Shown here piece after piece: positions 30,956 to 45,370 of a stretch of DNA of 64,000 nucleotides (position 1 is its first letter; every line of letters starts with the position of its first letter). The stretch covers positions 258,354,001 to 258,418,000 of the forward strand of contig OZ024740.1 in the NCBI GenBank assembly GCA_964016885.1. The letters run 5' to 3'. Source of the DNA: Eledone cirrhosa. Its lineage: Eukaryota. The notes beneath the pieces were generated by a model. It was not told the DNA's origin, made no database searches, and saw only the letters and a program-made list of their open reading frames with translations. Both the position numbers and the translations under genes were made by a program.

Positions 30956-31024
<69 letters not shown>

Positions 31025-31117
31025 ATATATATATATAGAAAGAGAGAGAGAGATATATAGATATAGACATAGATATAGATATGTGTGTGTGTGTGTGTTT
31101 ATGTATATATATATAAG

Positions 31118-31158
<41 letters not shown>

Positions 31159-31160
<2 letters not shown>

Positions 31161-31601
31161 TGGTAAACGGAATATAAAATGCTGACAAATTGTTCACAGT
31201 TGAAAAATGGTTTAATTCGGAATAAAAGAGTCTTAGTGATTGTATGGGTTAGTATTCAGTTGTGGTTTTAAGTTTTTAAGTTTTTACCGGTTGCGCATTT
31301 CTAAATGCTTTTCAAAAATAATTTTGAGATAGTGTGTCCGTGCTGTTTGCTCTGATCTGATTAGTTTTGGGAATTCTACCTGTTTTTATGTTAAAAAAGT
31401 GGCTCCAGCGTTACTTTGGTGTTGCAAAATTTCTTGTGGTCAAAACAATTTTGATTGGTCGGTAGAGGTCATGTGAGTGTAAAAAATTGATTTTGCGCCA
31501 AGACTGTTTTTATGTTAAAAAAGTGGCTCCTGTGAACAATTTGTCAGCATTTTCTATTCCGTTTACCAATATATAATAACTTGTGTGTTACACCTCTATT
31601 C

Positions 31602-31605
<4 letters not shown>
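31159..31605. repeat. Copy of the 26522 family with a terminal fold-back
   Basis: 31159-31530 matches 26522 onward. 31531-31570 is the reverse complement of its own start, followed by the same ACACCTCTATTCTTTT end as at ~28147. Confidence 0.88.
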
Positions 31606-31648
<43 letters not shown>

Positions 31649-32217
31649 ATAAATTATCGAGAATCGCATTTCGGCCCACGAAATAACGAAAAACAACCTC
31701 CGAGATGTGTGGCAAGTGCTCAATGATTCGGATGAATCAGAGCTATAACAAACGTTAAAGGTCAAACACACTGAGACGATGTTTAAACAATCATTCGCAT
31801 ACCCCCAAAAAACGATCAAGTAATTCGGGTATTGAAAATTTACCCGGACCCCTGGAAGGATGGTAAAATCCAGTATTTGGGTTTCTGCGGCTCCTAAATC
31901 AAGTACAGTCCGCTTACATAAATAATGTAGACTTCTGGTAAGATGATTGAACAAGGAAGCCACTTTCTTAACAGGTTTTAGTTCAATGTCAATACAAGGA
32001 TTGACTATTGCTGACCCCACGTGTGGATCGGCAAGGGAGGCAACCCCTATATTAGGCGAATGAATTCAGTTGTGTATATTTTTGCAAGAATGCAAAAACA
32101 TCACAAATCGAATAGAGTTCTCAACAGAAGAGTTAAAATTAACATAAGCTATTCATCAACTAAAAAATCAAGAAAATTAACTGGTCAATAGCTCGAGTCT
32201 GGAGATTAATACAAACA

Positions 32218-32348
32218 CAGTTCTTCCGCCCTTTGTTAGGTTTTGTTTTTTGTCCTGCAGGGTGTCCAAAGTCACCCTCCTCACCAAGTAAACTTGTTGT
32301 GTTTGCCGGTTTAGTCGCTGACGACCCGACTATGCAACAGGTTGTACA
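32218..32348 (+). repeat. Short copy of a structured 3'-UTR-like repeat
   Basis: GTTC.TCCGCCCTTT...GGTGTCCAAA..CACCCTCCTCAC...GGTTTAGTCGC.GACGA.CCGAC.ATG..ACAGGTTGTAC, shared with 58510-58640. Confidence 0.75.
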
Positions 32349-32409
<61 letters not shown>

Positions 32410-32436
32410 ATATGTATATATATTTATATACATATA

Positions 32437-32473
<37 letters not shown>

Positions 32474-32474
32474 T

Positions 32475-32562
<88 letters not shown>

Positions 32563-33646
32563 TGTGTGTGTGTAGTAAATGTCGAAAATATAACGGGATA
32601 ATTATATCCTAAAATCTATGTTGGAAATAATAAATAGGCTAAGCGTATTTATTTGGAAATATTTTGGTGGAATGAAGGTTTTTTTTCAGAATATTTGTTA
32701 CAGTTATAAACCTAAACAAAATGATTTGACGTGTCTCTCTAGCAGATGCATTGCATGGTCTTCTATATTTCGCATACTATTTGGCTATAGAAACAAATTT
32801 CCAATGTAATGGTTGTGTTTGAACCTCTACTTGTTCGGCCAAGTTTAGCAAGGCCACAAGGAGTAATTATTTGCGCAAAATTAAATGTAAAATTCTATGA
32901 ATGTTTTTATAGTGCTCACAACAATAACGTTAGAATAATTATGTTGCGGTGAACAATATTTTGCTTTCTTTTTAGTGAGGTAAATTTCAAATAATCCTCG
33001 GGGTTATATCTAAAATTTAATCAACAATTACCTTTTTTTCTATTTTTACGGGTGAATGACCTATCGATCGAGTAACTTTAATACACGTTGCTTATAGAGT
33101 AAGACGGAATTTATTGAAGTTTTAGTTACAGAAGGAGAATTGTCCTTATGGCCGAATAGTAGTTTAAAATTGAAGCATGGAACATGGATGGATGTAAGTC
33201 TTACAAACGCATTATTAGGAATGATATTACTTTTATGTTATTTAATTACTTTATATACATTAGTAGTACTTGTTTCGGATGCACAGATATTTGTATGTTT
33301 ACTAGACCACCCGTAACCCATTGGGTCACGTTCACTTAGAAATATATTTTTAAATAATATAAAATATACAGACATGTTTATAATGTAGAAGGAAATTGGA
33401 AGGCCCATATATATGTGTGTGTGAGTGTGTGTGTGTGTGTGGGGGGGGGGGGGCTACATATATATATTTATATATGTGTGTGTATATACATACATATATG
33501 TGGGCATATGTGACCTATATACACTGGTCACAGACACACACACATATACACACACACACTAAGAAACCCTTCCTATTTAGCAGGAAATATTGCCTACACA
33601 GACTTCTTTGAAGTCACTTGTTATAATTTCATTCAACAACAACTCC

Positions 33647-33697
<51 letters not shown>

Positions 33698-34382
33698 CTT
33701 CTCTGCCTCCTCCTGTCTCTCTCTATCCATTTTTCAATCTAATTTCTCACAACTGCTATCTCTTTCTCTCTATCTTTCTCTCTCTATATATATATATGAA
33801 GGTACCCGAAAAAACCCGTATCTCGGGATCCCGTGCTCCGAATTACCTGAAACTTGTTTTATTCCATTATGTGGCGTTGTTGGTTTACAGACAAATTACA
33901 GACAAGCACACAATCACAGATGTTTAGTAGTATATAGATAGATATCTAAATAACACGGCTGTGTATGTAAGAGATTGTGTGTAGCGCATCCAAAGTTAAG
34001 CGTTCTTTGCCTCTATCTCTTTCACATTTTGCCTCTCATGCCGGTAAGGATGTATACTCTTCTTTCCATCCATATGGTGGTACTCCCTGTATATCTCATT
34101 TGCTAGCTCACCCTATTTCTCAATTTCTTCTCAAACATGACACACGACCAACAACACATTATAAATTAAGTAGTAAAGATACATTAGAGATAATTGTACA
34201 TTCTGATATGCACAGTTATAACTGCTCTAATTGACATGTATGTTTGCATGTGTGCGTGTAAATAGGTCTGAAATTTCGATTTGCTTGTGTGTGTTAATTG
34301 ATGTATGGCAATGTCTGTATGCTGGTATTTACGTGAAATTGAATATATGTATATATATATATATACATACGAAGACATAGTT

Positions 34383-34466
<84 letters not shown>

Positions 34467-34528
34467 TTATTTATGTGTGTATGTGTATATATATATATAT
34501 AATAATTATAATAATAATAATAATAATA

Positions 34529-34849
34529 ATTGTTTCTACTTTTGGCACAAGGCCAGCAAATACCCAGTGCATTACTGGTACTTTATTTTATCGACCCCGT
34601 AAGGATGAAAGGCAAAGTTAACCTCGGCGGGATTTGAACTCAGAATGGCAATAATAATAATAATTGTTTCTACTTTTGGCACAAGGCCAGCAAATACCCA
34701 GTGCATTACTGGTACTTTATTTTATCGACCCCGTAAGGATGAAAGGCAAAGTTAACCTCGGCGGGATTTGAACTCAGAATGGCAAAGGCCGTAACTCTAT
34801 GCGTCACAGCATGGCGTCCGACCCACTACCGATACTGCCAATTCACCAT
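34529..34849 (-). mobile_element. SINE dimer (one full, one partial) within (AAT)n
   Basis: Two tandem copies of the SINE core, 34529-34650 and 34662-34849. Confidence 0.9.
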
Positions 34850-34851
34850 CC

Positions 34852-34926
<75 letters not shown>

Positions 34927-35531
34927 TATATTCATAAATACATACAAAAGAAGAAGGATAGACAGAGATGAAAGAGAGATCAAGAGAGGAGAAGAAAGAG
35001 TTAGAGTTAGAGAGTTAGTGAGAACAAGAAAAAATCATTTTGTGGGAAAAAGAAAATGAAACAATGTTTTTCCTGATCTCATATGTAGAGTGGAAGGAAT
35101 GAATCTTATTCTTATATTCTTTATAATATACTTAAGAATGGCATTCTGCTTCAGTCAAAAGTTGCTTAAACCAATTTTATTTCATTTCTAAGAAGTCTTA
35201 CAGAAATGTTATCTGAACTATCTGAGAAAGTTGCGTCAACTTTAATTTCCGAAAGCTGAAGATTTTTTTACACGCTATAGGATTTAAGAGATAACTGATA
35301 CGATATTCGGTTGTTGTTGTTATTATTATTAGCGGTGGTAGTATATTTGTATTTTTGTTCTTGTTGTTCTTGTTGATCTTGTTATTTCTTTGCCTATATA
35401 TGCTAATTTACTATTCCACTACAGTTTGTTGCTGTTTTATTTTATCGTATATTCAATTTTAGATAATCACTTCTATTCCAAGGAAAGAAATTTGTAAAAA
35501 AGATGAAAATAAGAAATACAATAATACAATG

Positions 35532-35580
<49 letters not shown>

Positions 35581-35606
35581 TATATATATATAAGTATATG
35601 ATGTAT

Positions 35607-35653
<47 letters not shown>

Positions 35654-35801
35654 CATATATGCACATATGAATATATGCATATGTACTTACATATGTATAT
35701 ATACTTTTATTTTTCTATCTCTATATACATACAACATACAAACAAACATACATACATACGTACGTACATATATATGTATATGTGTGTGTGTGTGTGTATA
35801 A

Positions 35802-35863
<62 letters not shown>

Positions 35864-36080
35864 GAATATAATATGCATATATAGAATAATTCTAATCAAA
35901 AGCTGTGTACAGTGGAAATCCCTATGTCAGAATATCCGATTGGTTTGTGTTTCTGAACAAGTTCTGAATGTTTGCTAAAGGTAAAATTACTGCCTTAGAG
36001 TTTGAATTCTATCTTTTAGATGTTGTAGGTGCATTTTTCACCTTTTCATTTTTTTTTTCATAAATCTAATGCTACATATA

Positions 36081-36148
<68 letters not shown>

Positions 36149-36354
36149 AAATTTCATTTTATTTTTCTCTTCCTTTTTCAGTCGACCTACATGTTAATCA
36201 ATAAATTTTCGCGCTGTTTATTGCGAGGAAACACAAGAGATTTTTAGTGCGAAAACCATGGAAGATTCTTGTGTGGTATGTTTTCTTATTCTGAATTGGG
36301 AGGATCATTAGTATATTGCGAAAATATTGTAGTTTATTCGGTTACGTATTTTTT

Positions 36355-36520
36355 TGTTCTGTGTTCAAATCCTAGCGAGGTCAGTTTTACCTTTCATCGT
36401 ACGGAGGCTTATAAAATATAGTACCAGTCATGTACCAAGGTATATTCATTCCATATTCTGTCCACAACCAACTACAAACCACTATGAAATATTGCTGGCC
36501 TTGTGCTTAAATTAGAACCC
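36355..36520 (+). mobile_element. Older diverged SINE copy
   Basis: GTTCAAATCC...CCTTTCATC...AGTACCAGT...TTGCTGGCCTTGTGC. Confidence 0.7.
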
Positions 36521-37858
36521 AATTTATATTTTGTAGTGAAGTTCAGAGAAGACTGAATATGTCATCTCATTCTTAAAATATTGTCTTCCATCACAGACCA
36601 TATCTTGTATTTTCTACTTACAAAAATCTAATGTATTGAAGCATTAAATATGTGTTTACATATATAGTTTACTTAATCTTTTCCCATTTAAGGTGAATTA
36701 AACCAAGCTAAGCTTTGTAATTTTATATTTGATAAATTTGTTGGGATGGGGGGATATAAATTAAATTTTGTTACAAGAGGTCTATCCTGTAAAACGTTGT
36801 GTTAGAAGCTTCGTCTTAGCTCACCGTCATCTTATTGGACCCAAATTTGTCGGATTCCTGGGCTTTGGAATCTGATCACTGATTTCTGATCTCGCTCACG
36901 CGAACGACAGTAACATAAAACCAACTCATTCGCAAGAAGGGTGTTCATTGTATTATGTTTACAGCCTAAATTCTCATTAATTTAGTACTCTTTGAGCTGT
37001 ATATATGGTACGTCTTTCTTATATGGCACCATAAGCGTATTTCTCCTATCATTTTTGGATGTGCAGACGTTCATAATTTTCCGACAAAAATGACTAAATT
37101 TTCCAACAACAATTCTTTGGTGGGGTGCAGCTGCAACCCCATGCATCCCAGTAATACGCCACTGTGTGACACTGTGAACGATGAAATAAATCACACAATG
37201 AATAACCGCCTGACCAGGAAGAAAAGCAGCAACGGTGCAATGAGTAGGACTCTTTGCTGTTATTTAACCCGCGTCAAATAGAAGCAACTCTCTCAGCTCA
37301 CACCTTTCTGTTCTAGAAATAATTTTATGATGTGAATGTCGGCAAGAAGAAGGGTGAGCAACTTTTATTATTTAATCTGAAGAGAGGAATTAGTGAGTTT
37401 AGTAGAGTAGAGATAAAAATATTACAATGGATTAAATCAATGATGTTTTAAACGATTTAGATCCAATATCATTTCATTTTCTATATAAGGTTCTGTGAAT
37501 AAGAGAAGAAGCGTCAAAAACGGGAAATATAGGACATCATCTAGTAAAAGAAGAGCGGAAATGGTATAACCGTCATCTGATCTGCTAGATATAGCTATCA
37601 AATTTCCTTCAAATCACCTCTTACTATTGCAGAATAATATTAAATGATATGCTCGAGTTTTCCTCAGAATATCTCGGGATGAAAATGGCCTTCAATGGAT
37701 TCGACTATAGGTCATCACCATCATCATCATCAACTACTACTACTGAATTGCAGGAGTTTGTCATTTTCTTGCGTGTTCACACTCCTGGAAGAAAGTATTA
37801 TGTCTAGGAGAAGGAAGAACTAAAATAAAAACACAAAACTTTCTCATTTACAGATATT

Positions 37859-37923
<65 letters not shown>

Positions 37924-38129
37924 CATGCATATACATGAGTATGTATTTACGGTCCCATCACTCTTAAAAGCGTCGTAAGGACAACGTATTAAGATCCGGT
38001 GTTTCTAGGGCATTTTTTTAAAACCTGGTAGAGCCCATCTCCCCTTCGGGTCTAGATATAATAGATTTCTTCTAAAGAAGGTAAAAGAATGAGAAAATAG
38101 AACTGAAAAAGAGATCTAAAGGAAGAATC

Positions 38130-38282
38130 GACCCCAGTACTAGACTGCTACTTTTTTATCGACTTTGAATGGATGAAACGCAAAGTTGACCTCGGCGGGA
38201 TTTGAACTCAGAAAGTAGAAAGCCAAAACGAGTAATGCAAAGAATTCTATCGGACGATCTAATGACTCTGTAACTCACCGCC
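38130..38282 (-). mobile_element. Older diverged SINE copy
   Basis: TTTATCGAC...GGATGAAACGCAAAGTTGACCTCGGCGGGATTTGAACTC. Confidence 0.7.
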
Positions 38283-39058
38283 AACACTACTCTAGCAACA
38301 TCCAAACCAACGATTTCATCGCTCATCAACCCTTTCATAGCTTTACTAAGCTGTCTTCATCAACCAATCAGTAAACGACACGTCATCCCGTTATATACAC
38401 CGTAATTAGAAAATAAATGATGTTGACTGTAATCCCATAATACCTCAGTTTAAATGAGTCGGGTAGCTGGTTACTGGGTTTTGGTATTAAACGGGAGTAA
38501 TGAATGATATGAAGATAGCAGATTAAAATAGAGAGCGTGTGTGGTAGAAAGGAGGGAAAAGGCGAGGTGGTGCAGGTGTGGCAGAAAAGTCGATGTTGAT
38601 ACAGAGAAATGTATAATTGAGAGAGGGAGAAGAAAGGGCGGGGGAGTGGAGGACTGGCAAATGATACGATATATGATGATAGATTAATTATATGTATTTA
38701 TGTATGTATGCTTCTGAGTGAGAGTTTGTGTGTATATATATATATATATATATTAGTGTGTGTGTGTATGTGTGTGTGTATGTGTGTGTACGTATGTGTG
38801 TACGTGTACGTATGTGTATGTATGTGTGTGTGTGTGTGCGTGTGTGCGTGCGTGCGAATCACGCAAATTATAAAACCATGCTCCATTGTGCCAAGAATTA
38901 CTATTGTATCAATTAATATGCATGTATGTGTTTTTCTGCATATTTATACATACATTACACGCAACTTTATACACCTATATATATATATAGAATTTTATTT
39001 CTCGCCCTAGCACCGGTGATACAGAAATGTAAGTATGCGTACGTACACACACACACAC

Positions 39059-39151
<93 letters not shown>

Positions 39152-39191
39152 TACATATACACACATATACACACACACATATAAATATATA

Positions 39192-39258
<67 letters not shown>

Positions 39259-39434
39259 GTATGACTATCGAACATCAATAATAATATTCGATTCATTTGT
39301 AAACAGACGGTTCGATTAAAGCTGTTACTTGCCGATGACCAATCGTCATCCGTTTCTTCAACACTGGCATCGTGGAACAATCAACATATTTCTAGGTCAT
39401 ATATACTGAGATACATACATATATATATATCTAT

Positions 39435-40475
39435 CTAGGGCGGGTAAAATTCCCGAGATCCATGGACGAGTTCTCTCCAGCGGTCTCTGTCCCTCATTAT
39501 CGCTGCCATGTGCTGCGTCTCCAACAGACCAGTGTCTGTCCTTAGGGCATCAACATACGTTAATGTTGATCTTCCTCTTCCAGTGTGTCCATGTAGGGTA
39601 TCCCACAGGAGCACTGAGTGCAATGTCAACTCTGGATGTCGGTGAGCATGTCCAGCTAACCTCAGTCTCCTCTGTGTCACTTTTGAGCTGACTTTTGGGA
39701 GGCTCCCATACAGCTCTGAGTTTTTCATCCTCAGTGTATACTGATTAATGTTCAGAGCCATCCTCAGCATTCTCGTGTAGCACCCATCCACCATCTGAGT
39801 GAGTTTCTTGGTCAGTGTCCAAGTCTCAGACCCGTACAGCAGCACAGACTCCACTACAGCAATGAAGAGGCGGACAGTCACGGCCTGATGAAGATCTTAC
39901 AGGCTTATGGAATCCCCAAGAAGATAGTGGATCTGATATCACTGCTCTACACCAACACCAAAGCCCAAGTCATTACACCTGATGGGATGACAGAGTTCTT
40001 TGAGATACTGGCTGGAGTGCTCCAGGGAGATACATTGGCTCCCTACCTTTTTATCACCGTAGTGGACTATTGTATGCGCCTTGCACTGGAGAAACACCAG
40101 GACTCTGGCTTTACTGTTCAGAGGAGGAGAGTTAAGGCGAAAACGATATTGGATACTGAATTTGCGACATAGTTTTGGTGATAAATACAGTGAAGGAGGC
40201 AGAGGATTTGATGCAGGAAGTTGAGACTGTGTCGATGAGTGTGGGGCTAAGAATGAATGAGACTAAAACAAAATATCTGGTAGAGAATGTTGAGAAGCCA
40301 GAGTGGATCACTAATGTAGGCTGGAAGCCGGTAGAATTGGTTGAGGACTTCCTGTATTTGGGAGCAAAGATTGGGAATACGGAAGATGATGTGGTTGAGA
40401 GGTAGAGCAAAGCCTGGGCGGCGTGCCAGAGCTTGAGATCGGTGTGGAAGTCGGACCTTCTTAAAGACCTGAAAT
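39435..40475 (-). mobile_element. RTE-like LINE, 5'-truncated, with a 5' inversion
   Basis: 39435-39881(-): VRLFIAVVESVLLYGSETW..RRLRLAGH..DRDRWR. 39886-40475(+): [42 protein letters not shown]. Confidence 0.9.
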
Positions 40476-40480
40476 GCATA

Positions 40481-40535
<55 letters not shown>

Positions 40536-40659
40536 ATGTGTGTGTGTGTGTGTGTGCGTGTGTGTGCGTGTGTGTGTACATATATAAGTATGTGTATATA
40601 TATTTACGTACATCAATATATATATATATATATGTATACATATATATACATAAATATGC

Positions 40660-40705
<46 letters not shown>

Positions 40706-40844
40706 TGAGAGATAGATAGATAGATAGATACAAATATATATACACATGTGTGTATATATATATATATGTGTGCGTGTGTGTGTGTGTGTGTATACATAAG
40801 TATATATATATATATATATATATATACATAAGTATATATATACA

Positions 40845-40896
<52 letters not shown>

Positions 40897-41498
40897 TATA
40901 TATATATATACGGAGAGAGAGTGAGAGAGACCTTAAATTCCGTAAGTCATCTAATCCTCTCCAAAACAAGATCAAAACTGACATTGAAAACTCCAAATAT
41001 TTCACAAAAGAGCTGATTGTCTCTAATGATAAGACTGAAATTCTTGACTAGATTAACAACAATACCTTCTACACGCAACTACTCAATAATATTGTTAGAC
41101 AAATCTATATGAGAACCACACTATACTACTGTTGCAACATTGCTGGGCTCTTTTGTTGTTGTTGTTGGATTTTGTCGGTTCCAAACACGTGTGTACCAGT
41201 TGTTCGAATAACGATGATGCCTACCACTGAAATTGATGTGGACTAAGCATTCCACTAATATAGTTCTCTGCAACATTCTACGTGATATAATGTGTGACAA
41301 GACTGTTTCTTTGAATTATAGCGACATCTCATTTTTGCCAACTGAGCGGACTGGAGTGATGAGAAATATAATGTTTCGCTCAAGGGATGAGCCGTGAGAA
41401 TCAGACTAAAGACCTCATGATTGTAAGCTAAACACACTAAACACTAAATATAGGAAACGGTATTGGGTTGTGGGTAAACATTATAGAAGAGCATGGAG

Positions 41499-42270
41499 GG
41501 TAGAAAATATAGGAGAGGGTGGTGGGTAGAAAATATAGGAGAGGGTAGTGGGTAGAAAATATAGGAGAGGGTAGTGGGTAGAAAATATAGGAGAGGTTAG
41601 TGGTTAGGAAATATAGGAGACGGCAGTGGGTAGAAAATATAGGAGAGGGTGGTAGGTAGAAAATATAGGAGAGGATGGTGGGTAGAAAATATAGGAGAGG
41701 GTAGTGGGTAGAAAATATAGGAGAGGGTGGTGGGTAGGAAATATAGGAGAGGGTAGTGGGTAGAAAATATAGGAGAGGGTAGTGGGTAGAAAATATAGGA
41801 GAGGGTAGTGGGTAGAAAATATAGGAGAGGGTGGTGGGTAGAAAATATAGTAGAGGGTGGTGGGTAGGAAATATAGGAGAGGGTAGTGGGTAGAAAATAT
41901 AGGAGAGGGTGGTAGGTAGAAAATATAGGAGAGGATGGTGGGTAGGAAATATAGGAGAGGGTAGTGGGTAGAAAATATAGGAGAGGGTGGTGGGTAGGAA
42001 ATATAGGAGAGGGTAGTGGGTAGAAAATATAGGAGAGGGTAGTGAGTAGAAAATATAGGAGAGGGTAGTGGGTAGAAAATATAGGAGAGGGTGGTGGGTA
42101 GAAAATATAGTAGAGGGTGGTGGGTAGGAAATATAGGAGAGGGTAGTGGGTAGGAAATATAGGAGGGATAGTGGGTAGAAAATATAGGAGAGGGTAGTGG
42201 GTAGGGAATATAGGGAGGGTGGTGGGTAGGAAATATAGGAGAGGGTGGTGGGTAGGAAATATAGGAGAGA
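41499..42270 (+). repeat. 26-bp purine-rich minisatellite, about 30 copies
   Basis: Unit GGTAGAAAATATAGGAGAGGGTAGTG, with starts at 41499, 41525, 41551 and so on. Confidence 0.95.
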
Positions 42271-42599
42271 GGAGATAGAAAAATAGCGATGAAAATGAAG
42301 AGAGTATAATGAGAGAGGGGAAAACAGAAATGAGACGGAAAGGGAAAGAGATGAAGCGAGTGAGGGGGAGGTGAAGAGAGAGAAAAAGAAAGGTGATGAT
42401 AGGGAGAGAGGGAAGAGTCGAGAGAGGAAAGGAGTGTGAGGGAAAGGTGGAGTAGGAGGAGGCAAGGAGTGATAGAGGTGGTTAATGAGTGAAGGAAGCT
42501 GGTTTCCTATTGGAAATTATCTGTTGTGTTGATCAGGATAATGAATCATTAGACTGTCATATTTGACAGAGGGTTTTGTTGCTGGGTCCTGATTGAGGC

Positions 42600-43304
42600 A
42601 GGTGGTGGTGGTGGTGGTGGTGGTGGTGATAGTGGTGGTGGGGTAGTTTTAGTGGTAGTGGTGGTGGGGTAGTTTTAGTGGTGGTGATGGTGGTGGTGGT
42701 GGCGCAGTTTTAGTGGTAGTGGTGGTGGGGGGTTTAGTTTTAGTGGTAGTGGTGGTGGGGGTAGTTTTAGTGGTGGTGGTGGTGGGGTAGTTTTAGTAGT
42801 ATTGGTGGTGGGGGGGGTAGTTTTAGTGGTAGTGGTGGTGGAGAAGTTTTAGTGGTAGTGGGGGGGGTAGTTTTAGTGGTAGTGGTGGAGAGGGGGGTAG
42901 TTTTAGTGGTAGTGGTGGTGGGGTAGTTTTAGTGGTGGTGGTGGTGGTGGTGGTGGGGTAGTTTTAGTGGTAGTGGTGTTTGTGTTAGTAAGTGAGTGGT
43001 GGTGATGGTGCCGGTGTGGGGGTAATTTTAGTGGTAGTGGTGGTGGTAGTGAGTGAGAGGTGGTGGTGGAGGTGGTGGTGGAGGTGGTGGTGGTGGTGGA
43101 GTAGGAGGTGGTGGTGGTGGTGGAGTAGGAGGTGGTGGTGGTGGAGGTGGTGGTGGTGGTGGTGTTAGTGGTAGTGAGTGAGTGGTGGTGGTGGTGGTGT
43201 TGGAAGAGGAGGAGAAGTATGAGTTGGTCGAGGAAGTGAAGGGGAAGTGTATAAAAGAAGAGATTGAAGATGAAGTAGTAGATGATGATGATGATGGCAA
43301 TGGG

Positions 43305-43335
<31 letters not shown>

Positions 43336-43370
43336 ATGATCTTGGTGCAAACGGTGACAATGACAATGAA

Positions 43371-43412
<42 letters not shown>

Positions 43413-43450
43413 TGATGTTGATGCGAATGACGATGAGGATGAAAAAGAAG
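42600..43450 (+). repeat. (GGT)n / GTAGTTTTAGTGGTAGTGGTGGTGGG degenerate repeat followed by (GAT)n
   Basis: Directly visible low-complexity repeats. Confidence 0.9.
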
Positions 43451-44366
43451 AGTTGGAGAAGTAGAAGTAGAAAGGGGAGGGTTTTGAAAATTAGAAATAG
43501 TGATAGTTAAGAAGGATAGATCTGAAAAAAGGACAAAACGGATATTAGAGTTATATGAGAGTGGGAGAGGATAATGTAAAATAGTTCAGTAGAGGGGTGT
43601 TGTGTAGATGGGGGTGAAGTTATGGCTGAATTGATTGGGGGAATGTGGTGGGAAGAAATCTGTTGGTAGAGGTCGGGGTACATAGTAGTTGAAGGAACTA
43701 ACGTTTAATGAAGAAATCACATTTTATCAAAATAGTCTTGAGCATACAATTTGTGAATTGTCATTGTGTTCAATACATATACACTAACACGCACACGTAC
43801 TCTCACGCACACACACAGACACACACACGCACATATGTGTGTGTATATATATATATATATATATTTTTTTTATTTTTTTTTCTGAATGTTTTTGACTGTT
43901 GTTTCTTGTAAACAAACTTTCGTCTCATTCTGACGTCAATAGCCATTTTTTCGTCATGTGCGTTTTTCGTGATCACGCATGATGTTGGACTGGCCAGCTT
44001 TGGAATTCCCTTTTTGGCATATTAATCTGCGAGAATCCTGGTTATCGAGTTGAGCTCTGCTGATGATGAATTCCAACCGTGACCATCTCCGCGGAAAGTT
44101 TTCATGAAATAGTCTTACGACTATACAGAGCATTTGAAGTTTTTCCAAATTGAAGGATAGGTATCTTGAACTTTATTTTATCGATTGATTTTTCCCTGGA
44201 TTTCACTAAATTCTGTGGATGAATTTATATCCTAATTCTCTTTGAGATGAGTTTAAATTATTTTTCCCACATCTTACGTTAACTATTTTTCCCATTTTGA
44301 CGCTATAGTCACTTATATACTATGGAATGGTGTTCGCTTTTCGCTGCAGTGTTTTCTATACCTTTC

Positions 44367-44409
<43 letters not shown>

Positions 44410-44571
44410 AATATAGATTCAGCGAAAATAGCATTTCGGCGGGTAGAAATGGCGAAACGAAAAGCAAAAATCAGAAATAATACTGGCAAGCGCTCAATAG
44501 TTAAAAAACCAGAGCTAAACGGTATGTTAAGAGGCCATACAAAACTGAAATATTGGTCAAGAAAGCATGAA

Positions 44572-44669
<98 letters not shown>

Positions 44670-44714
44670 AGAGGGAGAGAGAGCTAGGTATAGATATAAT
44701 TAATGGAAACACTC

Positions 44715-45370
44715 GGAACGCTGTACTAGTTTCAAGCTTATTACCTATCGAGCATTATAATAAATGTTCGGTGAATCCATACGTACATATATATATGTGT
44801 GCATGTATGTATATATATATATATATACATACTACTGTACGTCTGTATACATATATGTATGTACGTATACATACTTATATTTAAGTAACAGCCGTACTAA
44901 GAGTGAGAAATGAAATTTCGTTTCATTTTTTCCGTTTATCGTTTTCGGTACCCCGGCCGATTAACTCACTCGATATGCAAATTTGGTTGCTCAGCCGTTA
45001 ATATGCATAAGGAAAGTATATACTTTCAGACGTTCAACCATCTGGCAGGAAGGTATACGCTGCTGACGATAGCTAATAAGCTTGAAACTAGTACAGTGTT
45101 CCTTTGTCAGTGTTGAACAAATGAGCAATGATGATTGCTAGACACTGTACGGCTTAATTCGGGATGTTTGTTTACAAACACACCGAGCATTATAATAAAT
45201 GGTCGGTGAATCCATACGTACATATATATATGTGTGCATGTATGTATATATATATATACATACTACTGTACGTCTGTGTACATATATATATGTACGTATA
45301 CATACTTATATTTAAGTAACAGCCGTACTAAGAGTGAGAAATGAAATTTCGTTTCATTTTTTCCATTTAT
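44715..45370 (+). mobile_element. Retrozyme-like element (420-bp family), ~1.5 units with a short inverted 5' piece
   Basis: 44749-45370 is colinear with the array. 44715-44750 (GGAACGCTGTACTAGTTTCAAGCTTATTACCTATCG) is the reverse complement of the HHR 3' half. Confidence 0.88.
45057..45099 (+). ncRNA. Minimal type I hammerhead ribozyme (family A)
   Basis: ACGCTG-CTGACGA-TAGCTAATAAGCTT-GAAA-CTAG-TA-CAGTGT. Confidence 0.88.

Noticed and set aside
31544-32200. 158-aa ORF or possible host exon
   Set aside because: No recognisable domain. It runs into (TA)n, and 31660-31780 resembles 44420-44550, which points to a repeat.
41437-42465. 342-aa ORF with repeated LLYFLPTTLSYIFYP
   Set aside because: It is the stop-free reverse strand of the 26-bp minisatellite, cycling through frames.
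43954-44160. Complex-looking sequence, possible exon
   Set aside because: No recognisable protein motif or convincing splice context. It cannot be supported without a homology search.
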